64,000 bases of DNA. It comes from Gaiella sp. Lineage in GTDB: Bacteria > Actinomycetota > Thermoleophilia > Gaiellales > Gaiellaceae. Below the pieces are notes generated by a model. That model was given only the letters and a program-made list of their open reading frames with translations. It did no database searches and was not told where the DNA came from. The stretch is taken from contig NZ_DATMBZ010000014.1 of NCBI RefSeq assembly GCF_035558935.1, forward strand, positions 244 through 64,243, read 5' to 3'. Below are positions 28,309 through 38,274 of the stretch, one piece after another; position 1 is the stretch's first letter; the number at the start of each line of letters is the position of its first letter. A program made the position numbers and the translations under genes.

Positions 28309-29576
28309 CGCGCTCTGCGGACGCCCGCCTGGCCGCGTACGCGCTGCTCGCGGCGGCGGGGCTGGTCGCCGCGCTCGCGCTGCGCCGGACGGAGCTCGCG
28401 GCGGTCGCGGCGCCCTTCGCGCTCCTCGTCGCCCTGGGTGTCCGCTCGACGCCGCCCGCGCTCAAGGCGTGGGTCGACGTCGACCGAGACCGCGCCGTCG
28501 AAGGCGACGAGATCGCGGCGCGCGTCACGGTCCGCACGGAAGCCGCCGTCGACCGGCTCGAGATCGGGCTCGCCCTGCCCGAAGGCCTCGAGCTCGCCGA
28601 CGGCGCAAACCCCGTCGCTCTCAGGCTCGCCGGTGACGAGGAGCGGGAGCTCGAGCTGCGCCTGCGCTGCGTGCGCTGGTCGGCGGTCGAGCTCGGCGAG
28701 GTCTGGTTGCGGGCAAGGGACCGGGTGGGCCTCGTCCGCCACGAGGGTCGCATCGACCGCAGGCGACCGCTGCGCGTCTACCCGACGCCGGAGCGTCTGC
28801 GGCGGCTGCTCGCGCCCGCCCATACCCAGGCGGCGACCGGTTCCGAAGTCGCCCGGGTGAGGGCCGAGGGGCTCGAGTTCGCGGACACGAGGCCCTTTGT
28901 GCCCGGCGACCTCGTCCGCTCGATCAACTGGCGCGCGACGGCGCGCCGCGGCAGCCTCGTCGTCAACGAGCGACACCCGGAGCGGAACGCCGACGTCGTG
29001 ATCTTCCTCGACAGCCTCGCCGAAGCGCGGGCAGCCGCGCACGGCACGCTCGAGGAGGCGGTGCGGACCGCCGCGACGCTCGCCGGGCGGTTCCTCGAGC
29101 GCCGCGACCGCGTCGGCCTCGTCACATTCGGCGGCATCCTGCGCTGGCTCGAGCCGGGCGGCGGCCTCGTCCAGCGCTACCGGCTCGTCGACGCGCTGCT
29201 CGAGACGGGCGTCGAGTTCAGCTACGCCTGGAAGGACGTCAACGTGATCCCGGCGCGGACGCTGCCGCCTCGCGCGCTCGTGATCGCGGTCACGCCGCTC
29301 CTCGACGAGCGGTCGATCGCGGCGCTCTTCGATCTCCGGGGACGCGGACACGATCTCGTCGTCCTCGAGGTCTCACCCGAGCCGTACCTCGAGCCGGGCG
29401 AGGACCCGAGCGACAGCCTCGCGCTCCGCCTCTGGCGGCTCCAGCGCGCCGAGCTGCGCGCCGGGTTCGAGCGGCTCGGCGCAGCCGTGGCGACGCTCGA
29501 TTCGGAGACGACGGTCGAGGAGGCACTCGAGGGGGTGAGGGCATACCGGCGTCACGCCCGCCTGGTGCAGCGCTAG
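28305..29576 (+). CDS. DUF58-domain protein (vWA-like fold, usual MoxR partner)
   Basis: ..FADTRPFVPGDLVRSINWRATARRGSLVVNERHPERNADVVIFLD.. is the DUF58 signature. The N-terminus has two TM segments. The GTG start overlaps the MoxR stop (GTGA). Confidence 0.88.
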   Translation: MTRSADARLAAYALLAAAGLVAALALRRTELAAVAAPFALLVALGVRSTPPALKAWVDVDRDRAVEGDEIAARVTVRTEAAVDRLEIGLALPEGLELADGANPVALRLAGDEERELELRLRCVRWSAVELGEVWLRARDRVGLVRHEGRIDRRRPLRVYPTPERLRRLLAPAHTQAATGSEVARVRAEGLEFADTRPFVPGDLVRSINWRATARRGSLVVNERHPERNADVVIFLDSLAEARAAAHGTLEEAVRTAATLAGRFLERRDRVGLVTFGGILRWLEPGGGLVQRYRLVDALLETGVEFSYAWKDVNVIPARTLPPRALVIAVTPLLDERSIAALFDLRGRGHDLVVLEVSPEPYLEPGEDPSDSLALRLWRLQRAELRAGFERLGAAVATLDSETTVEEALEGVRAYRRHARLVQR

Positions 29577-29593
29577 CGGCGGCCGCAGCGGCC

Positions 29594-30076
29594 GTGGCCG
29601 TCTCGCTGGGCCTCGCCGCGTGGCTGGGCGCCGCCGCGAGCTCGGACGCGGCCGGGCCGGCTCTCGCGGCGGGCCTCCTCGGCGCCGCGGCGACTGCGGC
29701 CGCCTTCTTCCGGCCCGCGATGCTCACGGTGGCTTTGACGGCCTCTGCCGCGGCGTACGCCGTCCTCCTCACGATCGACGAACCGCCGCTCGACAGCCGT
29801 GCCGCGGGAGTGGCGGCGGCACTGGTCGTCGTGGGGGAGCTGAGTGGATGGGCGCGGGAGCTCGCGGGAACGACGGACGAGCCCGGAGGCGCCTGGCGCC
29901 GACCGGCATGGATCGCCGGCGCCGCGCTCGGCGCGCTCGCACTTGCCTGGACGGCGATCGCGGTCGCCGACCTCGCCCGCCTCGAGGGCCTCGCCGTCGA
30001 GGCCGTGGGCGCGCTCGCCGCGCTGGCCACTCTCGTCGTCGTGACCCGGCTCGCCGCGGGGCGCCGGGCCGCGTAG
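29594..30076 (+). CDS. hypothetical Ala-rich integral membrane protein
   Basis: 160-aa ORF with about four hydrophobic segments, 18 nt after the DUF58 stop. Its composition is close to the GC-driven background, so the coding call is only moderate. Confidence 0.5.
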   Translation: MAVSLGLAAWLGAAASSDAAGPALAAGLLGAAATAAAFFRPAMLTVALTASAAAYAVLLTIDEPPLDSRAAGVAAALVVVGELSGWARELAGTTDEPGGAWRRPAWIAGAALGALALAWTAIAVADLARLEGLAVEAVGALAALATLVVVTRLAAGRRAA

Positions 30077-30084
30077 GCCGAGGG

Positions 30085-32031
<1,947 letters not shown>

Positions 32032-32136
32032 CTAGTCGGAGGGTAGCAGCGTGCCTCTGGACTTCCAGAGCGCGGCGCGGAGTCCTAACGTCCGGTCAAT
32101 CTTCTCGGTAGAACGGAAAACCCCTGCTCGTACGGG

Positions 32137-32691
32137 CTACAGGCCGTTCGGGACGAGGTCGGGGTGCAACACCCCGATGTAGGGGAGATTGCGGTAGCGC
32201 TCTGCGAAGTCCAGTCCGTAGCCGATCACGAAGCGGTTCGGGATCTCGAATCCCACGTACCGAACCGGGACCTCGACCTCGCGGCGCTCCGGCTTCGTCA
32301 GGAGCGCGCAGATCTCGAGCGAGGCGGGCTTGCGCGCGCCGAGCGTCCGCCGCAGGTACGACAGGGTGAGCCCGGAGTCGATGATGTCCTCGACGACGAG
32401 CACATCGCGCCCCGAGATGTTGATCTCGAGGTCCTTCAGGATCCGCACGACCCCCGAGGAATCGGTACCCGCTCCGTAGCTCGAGATCGCCATGAAGTCG
32501 ATCTCGCACGGCACCGTCAGCTCGCGCATCAGGTCGGAGATGAAGAAGATCGCGCCCTTGAGGACACCCACGAGGAGCAGGTCGCGCCCCTCGTAGTCGA
32601 CCGAGATCTCGGCCCCGAGCTCCTCGACCCGCGTCCGAAGCGTGTCCTGGTCGATCAGGACCTCGCCGACGTCGGCATGGACCGACGTCAT
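32137..32691 (-). CDS. hpt: hypoxanthine phosphoribosyltransferase
   Basis: ..VLVVEDIIDSGLTLSYL.. is the PRPP-binding motif and ..FVIGYGLDFAERYRNLPYIG.. is also present. The ATG overlaps the tilS stop (ATGA). Confidence 0.93.
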   Translation of the reverse strand: MTSVHADVGEVLIDQDTLRTRVEELGAEISVDYEGRDLLLVGVLKGAIFFISDLMRELTVPCEIDFMAISSYGAGTDSSGVVRILKDLEINISGRDVLVVEDIIDSGLTLSYLRRTLGARKPASLEICALLTKPERREVEVPVRYVGFEIPNRFVIGYGLDFAERYRNLPYIGVLHPDLVPNGL

Positions 32692-33674
32692 GCGGGCTCT
32701 CTCCGGACGCGCACCGTGCCCTCCCAGCCGGGCGCCGTCTCGAGGCCGGGCACCGCGACGACGGCTCCGTCCTCGGTCGCGACGAGCGGCCACGCGTCGC
32801 GCTCGCGCCTCGGCACCTTCGCGTCCACGAGCACATCCTGCACCTTCCGCGAGCGGCCCGCGAGACGATCCCCCGGCCGGCGCGAGCGGACGACGAGGCC
32901 CGGCGCGTCGCTCTCGATCGTCCACGGCCCCCACTCGACGGCGCCCTCGAGACGCAGCTCCCCGTACGTCCGGACGGCGCGGACTCCCCCGCCGAGGTCG
33001 GCGCTCCGCGTGCCCTCGACCGAGGACAGGAGCTCGACGAGCGATCGCTCGAGCGCGCGAGGCAGCCGAGGCCGCTCCTCCGCGAGCGCGAGCAGGTTCG
33101 CGCGCGCCCTGGGATCGAGCTCCTCGAGGAGGGGCAACAGCCGCTCGCGGATCAGCCCCCGCTTCGTTTCGCGGTTCGTCGCATCGATGCGCCAGGCGAG
33201 GCCGCGGGAGCGGCAGTACGCCTCCGTCTCCTCGCGCCACAGCGGCAGGAGGGGCCTCACGATGCCGTCGGCGCGCCGCGGCCGGATGCCGCGCATCGAG
33301 CCGCTCGAGACGACGCGGTAGAGGAGTGTCTCGACCTGGTCGGACGCCGTGTGACCGGTGGCGCGAAGCCCTCGACCCTCCGTCGCGGCGTAGCGCGCCT
33401 CGCGCAGGCTCGCCTCGGTCGCGCGGCCGGGCACGTCCACGCGAATCACATCGGCGCCGAACGCCGCGACGCAGTGCTCGGCGTCGGCGTCGGCCTCGGG
33501 GCCCCGCAGGCCGTGGTGGACGTGAACCGCCCGCACGCGGTAGCCGAGCTCGCCGAGCGCGTCCCAGAGGCAGGTCGAGTCGGCGCCGCCCGAAACGAGG
33601 CACGTCAGCTCCCCACCCGGTGCGATCAGATCCCATGACCGGATGTGCGCCTCGACCCGCTCGAGCACGTCCAT
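32688..33674 (-). CDS. tilS: tRNA(Ile)-lysidine synthase
   Basis: LVSGGADSTCL is the PP-loop SGGxDS and ..TGHTASDQVETLLYR.. is also present. The start is at ATG 33674 (MDVLERV); the upstream part of the tracked ORF is junk. Confidence 0.9.
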   Translation of the reverse strand: MDVLERVEAHIRSWDLIAPGGELTCLVSGGADSTCLWDALGELGYRVRAVHVHHGLRGPEADADAEHCVAAFGADVIRVDVPGRATEASLREARYAATEGRGLRATGHTASDQVETLLYRVVSSGSMRGIRPRRADGIVRPLLPLWREETEAYCRSRGLAWRIDATNRETKRGLIRERLLPLLEELDPRARANLLALAEERPRLPRALERSLVELLSSVEGTRSADLGGGVRAVRTYGELRLEGAVEWGPWTIESDAPGLVVRSRRPGDRLAGRSRKVQDVLVDAKVPRRERDAWPLVATEDGAVVAVPGLETAPGWEGTVRVRREPA

Positions 33675-33687
33675 GCTCGAAGTCTGC

Positions 33688-34290
33688 CTAGACGGCCTCG
33701 CGGAAGCGGGGCGCAGCGGCCCATGCATGCAGCGTCTCGGCCGCGCGCCGGACCGCGGCGGCGTCGAGCTCGAATGGCGTCGCGTGCGGGATCCGGCCGA
33801 TCTGCGCGGCGGGGAACGTCCCCTCCGAGCCGTCGAGCACGTAGCGGATGGGAAGTGCGTGCGAGACGGCGACCACGACCTCCTCCGGGCGCTCGAGGAG
33901 CTCGTCCAGCGCGCCCGCGAACCGTTCCGCTGCCTGCGCCCGGCTCTCGCCCCCGCCCGGGCAGGGTGCGTCCGCCTCGTGCGTCCAGGCCCAGGAGCGA
34001 TACGCCTCGAGCGGCCCTCCTTCATAGGCGCCGAAGTCGATCTCGTCGAGCCCCGAGACGACGAGCCGGGGCACGTGGCGCTCGCCCAGGCCGATCGCGA
34101 GCGTCTCCTGGGTCCTGGCGAGCCGCGTGGCCACGCCGAGGTCGATCTCCACGCCGGCGAGCGCCTCGCTGAGCCCCGTCGCCTCCTCCACCCCGAGCTG
34201 CGAGAGGCCGGCCCCGGGCGGCCGCGAGCTCACGACGTCGTCCACGTTGGAGCGTGCGTGCCCGTGGCGCACGAGCAGCAGCGTTCTCAA
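33688..34290 (-). CDS. histidine phosphatase family protein (phosphoglycerate-mutase-like)
   Basis: (L)RTLLLVRHGHARSN is the RHG motif and ..VSHALPIRY.. is the second His. A TTG start overlaps the upstream stop (TTGA). Confidence 0.8.
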   Translation of the reverse strand: MRTLLLVRHGHARSNVDDVVSSRPPGAGLSQLGVEEATGLSEALAGVEIDLGVATRLARTQETLAIGLGERHVPRLVVSGLDEIDFGAYEGGPLEAYRSWAWTHEADAPCPGGGESRAQAAERFAGALDELLERPEEVVVAVSHALPIRYVLDGSEGTFPAAQIGRIPHATPFELDAAAVRRAAETLHAWAAAPRFREAV

Positions 34291-35075
34291 AACAACACGC
34301 TGCGGTAGTCGAGCACGTGTTCCATCCCCACCGTCTCGTACAGGCGGATCGCCGGCGTGTTCTCGGCCCGGACGAAGAGGCAGACGGCCGGCACCTCGGC
34401 GAGCAGCAGGCGGATCAGGTCCCGAAGCGCGCGCTCGGCGTAACCGCGCCGCCGCACGGGAGGGTCGACCCAGACCTGCTGGAGCTGGACGGCGCTCGGC
34501 GTCCACGCGGATGCCTCGGCCTTGAAGCGGATGGCGCCGTCCTCGAGCCAGACCCAGGAGCGGCCCTCCTCGACCTGCACCCTCGTCCGCCAGCGAAACC
34601 CGTTCGGGTCGCGCCGTAACGGGTCGACCCCGAGCTCCTCGAAGTGCGCCTGCGCACATGCGGGCACGAGGACGTCGACGTCCGCGCGCGTCGCCGGTCG
34701 CAGCCCCGTGTCGCCCGGCTCCGGCGGCGCCGTCGAGACGTACACGGGCTGCCCGACCCTGTCCTCGCGCGGCTTCCCGAGCCTTCGCCGAGCCTCGTCC
34801 CACAGGGCGCTGACCGCCTGCTGTTCTCCGATCAGCATGCGCGGCGCCGCCCGCGCCGCGGCCTCCGCGAACGCGCCGCACCCCGTCCCGGAAGGGACGA
34901 CGTTGGTTCCGAGGTGGCACAGGGCGAGAAGGCTTCCGTCCTCGATGCCCTCGAGCGCCGTGAAGCGCCCGCTCTCGCGCCGGGCCACGTCCTCGAGGAA
35001 CACACGCTCGACGGGATCCTCGGCGCAGTAGGCGAGAATCTGGCCCCTGGAGGGCTCGACGAGCGCCGGTCGCAT
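34287..35075 (-). CDS. GNAT-family acetyltransferase with N-terminal DUF4081-like domain
   Basis: The C-terminal ..QQVWVDPPVRRRGYAERALRDLIRLLL...VRAENTPAIRLYETVGM.. is a GNAT acetyl-CoA motif. The N-terminal half resembles the DUF4081 extension seen in actinobacterial homologs (recollection only). Confidence 0.7.
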   Translation of the reverse strand: MRPALVEPSRGQILAYCAEDPVERVFLEDVARRESGRFTALEGIEDGSLLALCHLGTNVVPSGTGCGAFAEAAARAAPRMLIGEQQAVSALWDEARRRLGKPREDRVGQPVYVSTAPPEPGDTGLRPATRADVDVLVPACAQAHFEELGVDPLRRDPNGFRWRTRVQVEEGRSWVWLEDGAIRFKAEASAWTPSAVQLQQVWVDPPVRRRGYAERALRDLIRLLLAEVPAVCLFVRAENTPAIRLYETVGMEHVLDYRSVLF

Positions 35076-35117
35076 GGCAGCGACACTCTAGGCGGGAAGG
35101 CCGTAGGCTTCCCCGCC

Positions 35118-35825
35118 ATGCCGATCCACGTACGCGCGAACGAGGGCGACTACGCCGAGGCTTGCCTCCTGCCCGGCGACCCGTTGCGGGCGAAGTACAT
35201 CGCCGAGACCTTCATGGAGGACGTCGTCCAGCGGAACTCCGAGCGCGGGATGCTCGGCTATACGGGCACCTTCGAGGGCAAGCCCGTCTCCGTCCAGTCG
35301 AGCGGCATGGGCTGCCCGTCGGCGGCGATCGTGATCGAGGAGCTCGTCCAGCTCGGGGTGAAGAAGCTCATGCGGGTCGGGACCTGCGGCGGCCTCCAGC
35401 CCGACCTCTCGATGGGCGACCTCATCATTGCCCTCTCGGCGACCCCGGCGGACTCGACCGCGACGCATTACGTCCTCGGAGAGCCGCACGCCCCGACCGC
35501 CGACTTCGGCCTCGTCCACGAGGCGGTGCACCAGGCGAAGCACCTCGGCAAGCCGGTCCGCGTGGGGCCGATCGTGTCGAGCGACATCTTCTACCAGCCC
35601 GACTCGGGACTCGCCGGCCGCTGGTCGGAGCGGGGCATCCTCGCGGTGGAGATGGAGGCGGCGATCCTCTTCACGCTCGGCGCCCTCCGGAAGATCCAGG
35701 CCGGCTGCATGCTGATCGTCTCCGACGTCGTCGTCGAGGGCGAGTTCGTCCGCATCACGGACGAGGAGATGCGCGCGGCGGTCGACCAGATGACCGAGCT
35801 CGCCCTGCACGTCGTGACCGCGTAG
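35118..35825 (+). CDS. deoD: purine nucleoside phosphorylase, DeoD-type
   Basis: MPIHVRANEGDYAEACLLPGDPLRAKYIAE...VQSSGMGCPSAAIVIEEL...RVGTCGG...AVEMEAA match the DeoD type. Confidence 0.88.
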   Translation: MPIHVRANEGDYAEACLLPGDPLRAKYIAETFMEDVVQRNSERGMLGYTGTFEGKPVSVQSSGMGCPSAAIVIEELVQLGVKKLMRVGTCGGLQPDLSMGDLIIALSATPADSTATHYVLGEPHAPTADFGLVHEAVHQAKHLGKPVRVGPIVSSDIFYQPDSGLAGRWSERGILAVEMEAAILFTLGALRKIQAGCMLIVSDVVVEGEFVRITDEEMRAAVDQMTELALHVVTA

Positions 35826-35843
35826 CAGGCGACCCGGCGCCGC

Positions 35844-36782
35844 GTGAAGACCGTCTTCCTCGTCAACCCCGCCTCGGCCAATGGCTCCACAGGGAGACGC
35901 TGGCCGGAGCTGGCGCGCCGGGCGGCGGCGGGCGGGCTCGAGGGCGACACGCTCTTCAGCGAGCGGCCCGGCCACCTCGCCGAGCTCGCGCGCGAGGCGG
36001 CGCTCGGAGGAGCCGAGCTCCTCGTCGTCGTCGGCGGGGACGGGTCGGTCAACGAGGTCGCGAACGGGCTCGTCGGGCTCGGCGGGCAGCCCGAGGTCGC
36101 GCTCGTGCCGCGCGGCACCGGGTGGGACTTCTCGCGCACGTTCGGGATCCCCCGCAAGATCGACGAGGCGGTGCGCGTGGCGCTCGAGGGGGACGTCCGC
36201 AGCATCGACCTCGGACGGGCCTCGTACCGCGCGTGGGACGGCTCCGACGCGACGACGGCGTTCGCCAACGTCGCAAGCACAGGCATGAGCGGGGCAATCG
36301 CGAAGCGTGCGAACGAGACGACGAAGGCGCTCGGCGGGAAGCTCTCCTACCTCTGGGCGACGTTCGCTGTCTTCTCGGGCTGGCAGGCGAGCGAGGTCCA
36401 GCTGACGGTCGGCGGCGAGCAGCGGGCCGCGAAGATGTTCGACGTCGTGGTCGCGAACGGTCGTTTCTTCGGCGGCGGCCTCCAGATCTGCCCGGACGCC
36501 GAGGCCGACGACGGGCTCTTCGACGTCCTCACGATCGGGGACATCACGAAGCGCGACCTCGTGCTGACGATGCCGAAGATCTACCGGGGGACGCACCTGC
36601 CGCATCCGAAGGCGGAGCTCCTGCGCGGTGCGACGGTGACGATCTCGAGCGACGCACCGCTCCCCGTGGAGCTCGACGGCGAGCAGCCCGGAACGACACC
36701 GGTACGACTCGAGATCATGCCGCGCGCGCTACGCCTTCGTGTCCCGCGCGGTCAGGGAGACGCCTTGCGCGTCGGCGACTGA
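35844..36782 (+). CDS. diacylglycerol-kinase-family lipid kinase (YegS/BmrU-like)
   Basis: ..LLVVVGGDGSVNEVANGL.. is the DAGK catalytic GGDG motif, and the family C-terminal domain is present. Confidence 0.88.
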   Translation: MKTVFLVNPASANGSTGRRWPELARRAAAGGLEGDTLFSERPGHLAELAREAALGGAELLVVVGGDGSVNEVANGLVGLGGQPEVALVPRGTGWDFSRTFGIPRKIDEAVRVALEGDVRSIDLGRASYRAWDGSDATTAFANVASTGMSGAIAKRANETTKALGGKLSYLWATFAVFSGWQASEVQLTVGGEQRAAKMFDVVVANGRFFGGGLQICPDAEADDGLFDVLTIGDITKRDLVLTMPKIYRGTHLPHPKAELLRGATVTISSDAPLPVELDGEQPGTTPVRLEIMPRALRLRVPRGQGDALRVGD

Positions 36783-37021
36783 CTCGACGCCGGCTTCTGC
36801 GCCCGCCGCAGCGACGCGACCTCCTTCTCGAGCTTCGTCACCCGCTGCTCGAGCGCGTCGATCCCGCGGATCCGCTTCGAGAGCTCGTCCACGCGGTTAC
36901 GGAGGTCGTTGAACGCCTGCAGGGTACGGGAGCCGCCCGGCAGGTCGGTGAGCTTCTGCAGGGCCTCCTCGCCCTTCGCCGAGAGCCGCCCGATCACGTC
37001 GTCGGTCTTCGTCGTCGCCAT
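36752..37021 (-). CDS. small coiled-coil hypothetical protein (89 aa)
   Basis: MATTKTDDVIGRLSAKGEEALQKLTDL...RVDELSKRIRGIDALEQRVTKLEKEVASLRR shows a clear heptad character. No family recognised. Confidence 0.5.
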   Translation of the reverse strand: MATTKTDDVIGRLSAKGEEALQKLTDLPGGSRTLQAFNDLRNRVDELSKRIRGIDALEQRVTKLEKEVASLRRAQKPASSQSPTRKASP

Positions 37022-37030
37022 GGCGACAGT

Positions 37031-37780
37031 CTATGCCAGCGCGCCGGCCACCGCCGCGAGCGTCGGGCCGGACCCGTCGCGGACGATGATCGCGGCGTGG
37101 GCGTCGTACGGCGTCTCGTCGAGGTTCACGATCGCCATCGCCCCACCCGCCGAGAGGGTCTCGTTCGGCAGGCCGGCGACCGGCCAGACCTGGAGCGACG
37201 AGCCCACGACGAGCAGGAGCGGGGCCTCGCGGCAGAGGAGCTCCGCCCGCAGCATCGCATCGGGTGGCAGGAGCTCGCCGAACATCACCACGCCGGGCTT
37301 GAGGATCGAGCCGCAGGCGGCGCAGACCGGCGCCTCGCGCAGCTCGAGCTGAGCGAGGACCGGCGCGAGCGCCTCTTCGCCGCCGCAGGCGAGACAGGTG
37401 AAGCGCGCGATCGAGCCGTGCACCTCCGTCACGTCGACGCTGCCTGCCCGCGTATGGAGCAGGTCGATGTTCTGGGTCACGACGCCGCGCACGTGGCCGG
37501 AACGCTCGAGCGCGGCGAGGGCGACGTGCCCTGCGTTCGGCTCCGCTGCGAGGAGGCCGGCGATCCGGGGGCCGTACCAGCGCCAGACGCGGAGCGGATC
37601 CCGGCGAAACGCGTCGATCGACGCGACCTCGAACGGGTCGACCTCCGCCCACAGACCGGAGGAGGAGCGGAAATCGGGGACCCCGCTCTCCGTCGACATG
37701 CCCGCGCCGGTGAGCACGACCGCAGGACCGCGGTCGCGGATCAGCGCCGCGAGATCGGCCGCGGTCCCCATGCACCGCAT
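37031..37780 (-). CDS. cobB: NAD-dependent protein deacylase (Sir2 family)
   Basis: TGAGMSTESGVPDFRS...VVTQNIDLLH...VHGS...CLACG...CAACG (zinc ribbon) match Sir2. The start may be the ATG 9 nt downstream (MGTAADL). Confidence 0.9.
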   Translation of the reverse strand: MRCMGTAADLAALIRDRGPAVVLTGAGMSTESGVPDFRSSSGLWAEVDPFEVASIDAFRRDPLRVWRWYGPRIAGLLAAEPNAGHVALAALERSGHVRGVVTQNIDLLHTRAGSVDVTEVHGSIARFTCLACGGEEALAPVLAQLELREAPVCAACGSILKPGVVMFGELLPPDAMLRAELLCREAPLLLVVGSSLQVWPVAGLPNETLSAGGAMAIVNLDETPYDAHAAIIVRDGSGPTLAAVAGALA

Positions 37781-37806
37781 CGTACGGCCCGATATATCTC
37801 GGTCCG

Positions 37807-38274
37807 ATGGACGGCTACCCGTTCACCCACCAGGTGCGCGTCCGCTTCGCGGAGACGGACGCGCAGGGGATCGCGCACCACGCGTCGTTCGTCGTCTGGC
37901 TCGAGGTGGCCCGCGTCGCGTATCTCGCCGCGTTCGCCGGCGGCTACCGTGCGATCCGCGAGCGCGGGATCGAGGCACTGACGACCGGCGTCCACCTCGA
38001 GTACGAGCGCGCCGCCGTCTTCGACGACGTCCTCGACATCGGGGTGCGCTGCGCCGACCTGCGCGGAGCGCGCTTCCGCTTCGACTACCAGGTCGATCGC
38101 GACGGCGTCCGCGTCGCGCACGGGTGGACCGCCCATGCGACGGTCGACGCGGCGACGCGCCGGCCGACGCGGGTCCCGGAGTGGTTCGTCGCGGACGTCC
38201 TCAGGGCCGAGCGGTCGTCGACGTCGCCGGCGGAAGCGCCGGCTCCTTCGTCGTCGGGGTCGCCGCGGCCTTGA
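37807..38274 (+). CDS. acyl-CoA thioesterase, 4HBT (YbgC-like) family
   Basis: HQVRVRFAETDAQGIAHHASFVVWLEVARV matches the hot-dog fold N-terminal signature with a catalytic Asp. Confidence 0.8.
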   Translation: MDGYPFTHQVRVRFAETDAQGIAHHASFVVWLEVARVAYLAAFAGGYRAIRERGIEALTTGVHLEYERAAVFDDVLDIGVRCADLRGARFRFDYQVDRDGVRVAHGWTAHATVDAATRRPTRVPEWFVADVLRAERSSTSPAEAPAPSSSGSPRP

